A program made the translations under genes and the position numbers. From Phyllobates terribilis (Eukaryota), in assembly GCF_046119375.1 (NCBI RefSeq), contig NW_027362776.1:6758001-6822000 (forward strand): 64,000 bases of DNA, written 5' to 3'. Of the stretch, positions 53,901 through 64,000 are shown piece after piece (the stretch's first letter is position 1; each line of letters begins with the position of its first letter). The notes beneath the pieces were generated by a model, which was given only the letters and a program-made list of their open reading frames with translations, ran no database searches and was not told the DNA's origin.

Positions 53901-56900
53901 GAACACTGCTGGCTCACTGATCAGAACACTGCTGGCTCACTGATCAGAATACTGATGGCACACTGATCAGAACACTGATGGTACACTGCTGGTACACTGC
54001 TAGCACGCTGATCAGAACACTGATCAGAACACTGATGGCACACTGATCAGAACACTGTTCAGAACACTGATCAGAACACTGTTCAGAACACTGATGGCAC
54101 ACTGATCAGAGCACTGCTGGGACACTGATCAGAACACTGATGGCACACTGATCGGAACACTGATGGCGCACTGATCAGAACACTGATGGTACTCTGATGG
54201 CACACTGATCAGAACACTGATGGCACACTGATCAGAACACTGATGGCACACTGATCAGAACACTGATGGCACACTGATCAGAACACTGATGGCACACTGA
54301 TCAGAACACTGATGGCACACTGATCAGAACACTGCTGGGACACTGATCAGAACACTAATGGCACACTGATCAGAACACTAATGGCACACTGATCAGAACA
54401 CTAATGGCACACTGATCAGAACACTGATCAGAACACTGATCAGAACACTGATCAGAACACTGATCAGAACACTGATCAGAACACTGATGGTTCGCTGCTG
54501 GCACACTGATCAGAACACTGATGGCACACTGATCAGAACACTGATCAGAACACTGATCGGCACACTGATCAGAACACTGATGGCACACTGATCAGAACAC
54601 TGATGGCACACTGATCAGAACACTGATGGCACACTGATCAGAACACTGATGGCACACTGATCAGAACACTGATGGCACACTGATCAGAACACTGATGGCA
54701 CACTGATCAGAACACTGATGGCACACTGATCAGAACACTGATGGCACACTGATCAGAACACTGATGGCACACTGATCAGAACACTGATCAGAACACTGAT
54801 GGCACACTGATCAGATCACTGTTGGTACACTGCTGGCACACTGATCAGAACACTGATGGCACACTTATCAGAGCACTGATCAGAACACTGATGGCACACT
54901 GATCAGAACACTGATGGCACACTGATCAGAACACTGATGGCACACTGATCAGAACATTGATGGCACACTTATCAGAACACTGATCAGAACACTGATCAGA
55001 ACACTGCTGGGACACTGATCAGAACACTGATCAGAACACTGATCAGAACACTGATCAGAACACTGCTGGGACACTGATCAGAACACTGATCAGAACACTG
55101 ATGGTACACTGCTGGCACACTGATCAGAACAATGATGGCACACTGATCAGAACACTGATGGCACACTGATCAGAACACTGCTGGCACACTGATCAGAACA
55201 CTGTTGGCACACTGATCAGAACACTGATGGCACACTGATCAGAACACTGTTGTCACACTGATCAGAACACTGTTGTCACACTGATCAGAACACTGATGGC
55301 ACACTGATCAGAACACTGATGGCACACTGATCAGAACACTGATGGCACACTGATCAGAACACTGATGGCACACTGATCAGAACACTGTTGTCACACTGAT
55401 CAGAACACTGATGGCACACTGATCAGAACACTGATGGCACACTGATCAGAACACTGATGGCACACTGATCAGAACACTGATCAGAACACTGATCGGCACA
55501 CTGATCAGAACACTGATGGCACACTGATCAGAACACTGATGGCACACTGATCAGAACACTGATGGCACACTGATCAGAACACTATTGGCACACTGATCAG
55601 AACACTGCTGGCTCACTGATCAGAACACTGCTGGCTCACTGATCAGAACACTGCTGGCTCACTGATCAGAACACTGCTGGCTCACTGATCAGAATACTGA
55701 TGGCACACTGATCAGAACACTGATGGTACACTGCTAGTACACTGCTAGCACGCTGATCAGAACACTGATCAGAACACTGATGGCACACTGATCAGAACAC
55801 TGATCAGAACACTGTTCAGAACACTGATCAGAACACTGTTCAGAACACTGATGGCACACTGATCAGAGCACTGCTGGGACACTGATCAGAACACTGATGG
55901 CACACTGATCGGAACACTGATGGCGCACTGATCAGAACACTGATGGTACTCTGATGGCACACTGATCAGAACACTGATGGCACACTGATCAGAACACTGA
56001 TGGCACACTGATCAGAACACTGATGGCACACTGATCAGAACACTGATGGCACACTGATCAGAACACTGCTGGGACACTGATCAGAACACTAATGGCACAC
56101 TGATCAGAACACTAATGGCACACTGATCAGAACACTAATGGCACACTGATCAGAACACTGATCAGAACACTGATCAGAACACTGATCAGAACACTGATCA
56201 GAACACTGATCAGAACACTGATGGTTCGCTGCTGGCACACTGATCAGAACACTGATGGCACACTGATCAGAACACTGATCAGAACACTGATCGGCACACT
56301 GATCAGAACACTGATGGCACACTGATCAGAACACTGATGGCACACTGATCAGAACACTGATGGCACACTGATCAGAACACTGATGGCACACTGATCAGAA
56401 CACTGATGGCACACTGATCAGAACACTGATGGCACACTGATCAGAACACTGATCAGAACACTGATGGCACACTGATCAGATCACTGTTGGTACACTGCTG
56501 GCACACTGATCAGAACACTGATGGCACACTTATCAGAGCACTGATCAGAACACTGATGGCACACTGATCAGAACACTGATGGCACACTGATCAGAACACT
56601 GATGGCACACTGATCAGAACATTGATGGCACACTTATCAGAACACTGATCAGAACACTGATCAGAACACTGCTGGGACACTGATCAGAACACTGATCAGA
56701 ACACTGATCAGAACACTGATCAGAACACTGCTGGGACACTGATCAGAACACTGATCAGAACACTGATGGTACACTGCTGGCACACTGATCAGAACAATGA
56801 TGGCACACTGATCAGAACACTGATGGCACACTGATCAGAACACTGCTGGCACACTGATCAGAACACTGTTGGCACACTGATCAGAACACTGATGGCACAC

Positions 56901-59900
56901 TGATCAGAACACTGTTGTCACACTGATCAGAACACTGTTGTCACACTGATCAGAACACTGATGGCACACTGATCAGAACACTGATGGCACACTGATCAGA
57001 ACACTGATGGCACACTGATCAGAACACTGTTGTCACACTGATCAGAACACTGATGGCACACTGATCAGAACACTGATGGCACACTGATCAGAACACTGAT
57101 CAGAACACTGATCGGCACACTGATCAGAACACTGATGGCACACTGATCAGAACACTGATGGCACACTGATCAGAACACTGATGGCACACTGATCAGAACA
57201 CTGCTGGCACACTGATCAGAACACTGCTGGCACACTGATCAGAACACTGCTGGCACACTGATCAGAACACTGCTGGCACACTGATCAGAACACTGCTGGC
57301 ACACTGATCAGAACACTGATGGCGCACTGATCAGAGCACTGATCAGAACACTGATCAGAACACTGATGTCACACTGATCAGAACACTGATGTCACACTGA
57401 TCAGAACACTGATGGCACACTGATCAGAACATTGCTGGCACACTGATCAGAACACTGATGGCACACTGATCAGAACACTGATCAGAACACTGATGGTACG
57501 CTGCTGGCACACTTATCAGAACACTGATGGCACACTGATCAAAACACTGATCAGAACACTGCTGGGACACTGATCCGAACACTGATCAGAACACTGCTGG
57601 CACACTGATCAAAACACTGATCAGAACACTAATGTTACACTGCTGGCACACTGATCAGAACACTGATCAGAACACTGATGGCACACTGATCAGAACACTG
57701 CTGGGACACTGATCAGAACACTGATCAGAACACTGATGGCACACTGATCAGATCACTGTTGGTACACTGCTGGCACACTGATCAGAACACTGATGGCACA
57801 CTTATCAGAGCACTGATCAGAACACTGATGGCACACTGATCAGAACACTGATGGCACACTGATCAGAACACTGATGGCACACTGATCAGAACACTGATGG
57901 CACACTGATCAGAACATTGCTGGCACACTGATCAGAACATTGATGGCACACTTATCAGAACACTGCTGGGACACTGATCAGAACACTGATCAGAACACTG
58001 ATCAGAACACTGATCAGAACACTGATCAGAACACTGCTGGGACACTGATCAGAACACTGATCAGAACACTGATGGTACACTGCTGGCACACTGATCAGAA
58101 CACTGATGGTACACTGCTGGCACACTGATCAGAACAATGATGGCACACTGATCAGAACACTGATGGCACACTGATCAGAACACTGTTGGCACACTGATCA
58201 GAACACTGTTGGCACACTGATCAGAACACTATTGGCACACTGATCAGAACACTGCTGGCTCACTGATCAGAACACTGCTGGCTCACTGATCAGAACACTG
58301 CTGGCTCACTGATCAGAATACTGATGGCACACTGATCAGAACACTGATGGTACACTGCTGGTACACTGCTAGCACGCTGATCAGAACACTGATCAGAACA
58401 CTGATGGCACACTGATCAGAACACTGATCAGAACACTGTTCAGAACACTGATCAGAACACTGTTCAGAACACTGATGGCACACTGATCAGAGCACTGCTG
58501 GGACACTGATCAGAACGCTGATGGCACACTGATCGGAACACTGATGGCGCACTGATCAGAACACTGATGGTACACTGATGGCACACTGATCAGAACACTG
58601 ATGGCACACTGATCAGAACACTGATGGCACACTGATCAGAACACTGATGGCACACTGATCAGAACACTGATGGCACACTGATCAGAACACTGCTGGGACA
58701 CTGATCAGAACACTAATGGCACACTGATCAGAACACTAATGGCACACTGATCAGAACACTAATGGCACACTGATCAGAACACTGATCAGAACACTGATCA
58801 GAACACTGATCAGAACACTGATCAGAACACTGATCAGAACACTGATCAGAACACTGATCAGAACACTGATCAGAACACTGATCAGAACACTGATGGTTCG
58901 CTGCTGGCACACTGATCAGAACACTGATGGCACACTGATCAGAGCACTGATCAGAGCACTGATGGCACACTGATCAGAACACTGATGGCACACTGATCAG
59001 AACACTGCTGGGACACTGATCAGAACACTGCTGGGACACTGATCAGAACACTGCTGGCACACTGATCAGAACACTGCTGGCACACTGATCAGAACACTGC
59101 TGGCACACTGATCAGAACACTGCTGGCACACTGATCAGAACACTGCTGGCACACTGATCAGAACACTGCTGGCACACTGATCAGAACACTGCTGGCACAC
59201 TGATCAGAACACTGCTGGCACACTGATCAGAACACTGCTGGCACACTGATCAGAACACTGCTGGGACACTGATCAGAACACTGATCAGAACACTGCTGGC
59301 ACACTGATCAGAACACTGATGGCGCACTGATCAGAACACTGATGGCACACTGCTGGCACACTGATCAGAACACTGATGGCACACTGATCAGAACACTGAT
59401 GGCACACTGATCAGAACACTGCTGGCACACTGATCAGAACACTGTTGGCACACTGATCAGAACACTATTGGCACACTTATCAGAACACTGCTGGGACACT
59501 GATCAGAACACTGATCAGAATACTGATGGCACACTGATCAGAACACTGATGGTACACTGCTGGTACACTGCTAGCACGCTGATCAGAACACTGATCAGAA
59601 CACTGATGGCACACTGATCAGAACACTGATGGCACACTGATCGGAACACTGATGGCGCACTGATCAGAACACTGATGGTACGCTGCTGGCACACTGATCA
59701 GAACACTGATGGCACACTGATCAGAACACTGATGGCACACTGATGGCACACTGATCAGAACACTGATGGCACACTGATCAGAACACTGATGGCACACTGA
59801 TCAGAACACTGATGGCACACTGATCAGAACACTGATGGCACACTGATCAGAACACTGATGGCACACTGATCAGAACACTGATGGCACACTGATCAGAACA

Positions 59901-60600
59901 CTGATGGCACACTGATCAGAACACTGATGGCACACTTATCAGAACACTGATGGGACACTGATCAGAACACTGATGGGACACTGATCAGAACACTGATGGC
60001 CCACTGATCAGAACACTGATCAGAACACTGATGGCACACTGATCAGAACACTGATGGTATGCTTCTGGCACACTTAACAGAACACTGATGGCACACTGAT
60101 CAAAACACTGATCAGAACACTGCTGGGACACTGATCAGAACACTGATGGCACACTGATCAGAACACTGATGGCACACTGATCAGAACACTGATGGCACAC
60201 TGATCAGAACACTGATGGCACACTGATCAGAACATTGCTGGCACACTGATCAGAACACTGATGGCACACTGATCAGAACACTGATGGCACACTTATCAGA
60301 ACACTGATGGGACACTCATCAGAACACTGATGGGACACTCATCAGAACACTGATGGGACACTGATCAGAACACTGATGGCCCACTGATCAGAACACTGAT
60401 CAGAACACTGATGGCACACTGATCAGAACACTGATGGTATGCTTCTGGCACACTTAACAGAACACTGATGGCACACTGATCAAAACACTGATCAGAACAC
60501 TGCTGGGACACTCATCAGAACACTGATGGCACACTGATCAGAACACTGATGGCACACTGATCAGAACACTGATGGCACACTGATCAGAACATTGCTGGCA
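44990..60600. repeat. ~7.8-7.9-kb tandem higher-order duplication inside the array
   Basis: Rare markers recur at a near-constant offset: GGTTCGC 46578/54489, 48300/56223, 51029/58895; GTATGCTTC 52261/60057; CTAATGG 45014/52901. Boundaries are approximate. Confidence 0.8.
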
Positions 60601-60834
60601 CACTGATCAGAACACTGATGGCACACTTATCAGAACACTGATGGGACACTGATCAGAACACTGATGGCCCACTGATCAGAACACTGATCAGAACACTGAT
60701 GGTATGCTTCTGGCACACTTAACAGAACACTGATGGCACACTGATCAAAACACTGATCAGAACACTGCTGGGACACTGATCCGAACACTGATCAGAACAC
60801 TGCTGGCACACTGATCAAAACACTGATCAGAACA

Positions 60835-61760
60835 CTAATGTTACACTGCTGGCACACTGATCAGAACACTGATCAGAACACTGATGGCACACTGATCAGT
60901 AAACTGATGTCACACTGATCAGAACACTGATGGCACACTGATCAGAACACTGATGGCACACTGATCAGAACACTGATGGCACACTGATCAGAACACTGAT
61001 GGCACACTGATCAGATCACTGTTGGTACACTGCTGGCACACTGATCAGAACACTGATGGCACACTTATCAGAGCACTGATCAGAACACTGATGTCACACT
61101 GATCAGAACACTGATGGCACACTGATCAAAACACTGATCAGAACACTAATGTTACACTGCTGGCACACTGATCAGAACACTGATCAGAACACTGATGGCA
61201 CACTGATCAGTAAACTGATGTCACACTGATCAGAACACTGATGGCACACTGATCAGAACACTGATGGCACACTGATCAGAACACTGATGGCACACTGATC
61301 AGAACACTGATGGCACACTGATCAGATCACTGTTGGTACACTGCTGGCACACTGATCAGAACACTGATGGCACACTTATCAGAGCACTGATCAGAACACT
61401 GATGTCACACTGATCAGAACACTGATGGCACACTGATCAAAACACTGATCAGAACACTAATGTTACACTGCTGGCACACTGATCAGAACACTGATCAGAA
61501 CACTGATGGCACACTGATCAGTAAACTGATGTCACACTGATCAGAACACTGATGGCACACTGATCAGAACACTGATGGCACACTGATCAGAACACTGATG
61601 GCACACTGATCAGAACACTGATGGCACACTGATCAGATCACTGTTGGTACACTGCTGGCACACTGATCAGAACACTGATGGCACACTTATCAGAGCACTG
61701 ATCAGAACACTGATGTCACACTGATCAGAACACTGATGGCACACTGATCAGAACACTGAT
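60835..61760. repeat. 311-bp higher-order repeat, 3 copies
   Basis: CTAATGTTAC at 60835, 61146 and 61457; CAGTAAACTG and CAGATCACTGTTGG recur with the same period. Confidence 0.85.
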
Positions 61761-64000
61761 GGCACACTGATCAGAACATTGCTGGCACACTGATCAGAAC
61801 ATTGATGGCACACTGATCAGAACACTGATCAGAACACTGATCAGAACACTGATGGCACACTGATGGCACACTGATGGCACACTGATGGCACACTGATCAG
61901 AACACTGATCAGAACACTGCTGGGACACTGATCAGAACACTGATCAGAACACTGATCGGTACACTGCTGGCACACTGATCAGAACACTGCTGGCACACTG
62001 ATCAGAATACTGCTGGCACACTGATCAGAACACTGCTGGCACACTGATCAGAACACTGATGGCACACTGATCAGAACACTGATGGCACACTGATCAGAAC
62101 ACTGATCAGAACACTGATGGCACACTGATCAGAACACTGATGGCACACTGATCAGAACACTGATGGCACACTGATCAGAACACTGCTGGCACACTGATCA
62201 GAACACTGCTGGCACACTGATCAGAACATTGATGGCACACTGATCAGAACACTGATCAGAACACTGATCAGAACACTGATCAGAACACTGATCAGAACAC
62301 TGATCGGCACACTGATGGCACACTGATCAGAACACTGATCAGAACACTGTTCAGAACACTGATGGCACACTGATCGGAACACTGATGGCGCACTGATCAG
62401 AACACTGATGGTACGCTGCTGGCACACTGATCAGAACACTGATGGCACACTGATGGCACACTGATCAGAACACTGATGGCACACTGATCAGAACACTGCT
62501 GGCACACTGATCAGAACACTGCTGGCACACTGATCAGAACACTGCTGGCACACTGATCAGAACACTGATGGCACACTGATCAGAACACTGATGGCACACT
62601 GATCAGAACACTGATGGCACACTGATCAGAACACTGATGGCACACTGATCAGAACACTGATCAGAACACTGATCAGAACACTGATCAGAACACTGATCAG
62701 AACACTGATCAGAACACTGCTGGCACACTGATCAGAACACTGCTGGCACACTGATCAGAACACTGCTGGCACACTGATCAGAACACTGCTGGCACACTGA
62801 TCAGAACACTGATGGCACACTGATCAGAACACTGATGGCACACTGATCAGAACACTGCTGGCACACTGATCAGAACAGTGCTGGCACACTGATCAGAACA
62901 CTGCTGGCACACTGATCAGAACACTGCTGGCACACTGATCAGAACAGTGCTGGCACACTGATCAGAACAGTGCTGGCACACTGATCAGAACAGTGCTGGC
63001 ACACTGATCAGAACACTGCTGGGACACTGATCAGAACACTGATCAGAATACTGATGGCACACTGATCAGAACACTGATCAGAACACTGATGGCACACTGA
63101 TCAGAACACTGTTCAGAACACTGATGGCACACTGATCAGAGCACTGATGGCACACTGATCAGAACACTGATGGCACACTTATCAGAACACTGATGGCACA
63201 CTTATCAGAACACTGATGGGACACTGATCAGAACACTGATGGGACACTGATCAGAACACTGATGGGACACTGATCAGAACACTGATGGGACACTGATCAG
63301 AACACTGATGGGACACTGATCAGAACACTGATAGCCCACTGATCAGAACACTGATCAGAACACTGATGGCACACTGATCAGAACACTGATGGTATGCTTC
63401 TGGCACACTTAACAGAACACTGATGGCACACTGATCAAAACACTGATCAGAACACTGCTGGGACACTGATCCGAACACTGATCAGAACACTGCTGGCACA
63501 CTGATCAAAACACTGATCAGAACACTAATGTTACACTGCTGGCACACTGATCAGAACACTGATCAGAACACTGATGGCACACTGATCAGTACACTGATGG
63601 CACACTGATCAGAACACTGATGGCACACTGATCAGAACACTGATGGCACACTGATCAGAACACTGATGGCACACTGATCAGAACACTGATGGCACACTGA
63701 TCAGAACACTGATCAGAACACTGATGGCACACTGATCAGATCACTGTTGGTACACTGCTGGCACACTGATCAGAACACTGATGGCACACTTATCAGAGCA
63801 CTGATCAGAACACTGATGGCACACTGATCAGAACACTGATGGCACACTGATCAGAACACTGATCAGAACACTGATGGCACACTGATCAGAACATTGCTGG
63901 CACACTGATCTGAACATTGATGGCACACTGATCAGAACACTGATCAGAACACTGATCAGAACACTGATGGCACACTGATGGCACACTGATGGCACACTGA

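Larger units (their letters stand above)
13459..64000. repeat. Giant tandem minisatellite/satellite array (>50.5 kb, continues past the window) of 12-mer ACACTGATCAGA and 11-mer ACACTG(C/A)TGGC, mostly as 23-mers
   Basis: Continuous repetition with no unique sequence seen; all ORF-track entries here are repeat translations (SVLI/SDQC/VPAVF). Roughly 4,300 sub-monomers, estimated as length divided by ~11.6. Confidence 0.99.

Noticed and set aside
14264-62427. Many Cys/Ser-rich ORFs (CSDQC, SVLISVPAVF, TDQN) resembling metallothionein-like or repeat proteins
   Set aside because: They are direct translations of the 12/23-nt repeat, broken by frame-shifting 11-mers, with no non-repeat coding context.
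13459-64000. CRISPR-like repeat array
   Set aside because: No unique spacers and no cas genes; eukaryotic context with spliced exons.
13459-64000. Telomeric or rDNA/tRNA-derived satellite
   Set aside because: No TTAGGG units, no Pol III A/B boxes and no rRNA-like sequence seen in the monomers.

Overview
Eukaryotic, repeat-rich window. It is probably from a frog, inferred from the T2/Kolobok-, hAT- and Harbinger-type MITE ends and the DIRS layout, not from a database match. Bases ~540-5612 are a decayed DIRS tyrosine-recombinase retrotransposon with ITRs, ICR, ORF1, RT-RNaseH-MT and YR. It abuts what looks like the right end of a different DIRS family, appears to carry a spliceosomal intron in ORF1, and is interrupted by a 291-bp hAT MITE. 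Bases ~5.6-13.5 kb hold MITEs (one Harbinger-like MITE nested in a copy of itself), a probable solo LTR, and two clear coding exons of a uridine phosphorylase (UPP1-like, + strand), plus a candidate first coding exon. From ~13,459 to the window end (>50.5 kb, still open) is one tandem array made of two 11-12-nt sub-monomers (ACACTGATCAGA and ACACTG[C/A]TGGC). The array shows local variant blocks, two compositional domains and nested higher-order duplications of about 0.3, 0.6, 1.7, 7.9 and 9.6 kb. It starts inside what looks like a Harbinger MITE within the UPP intron, and the next UPP exon is not reached. All coordinates and counts were read by eye; no searches were run.
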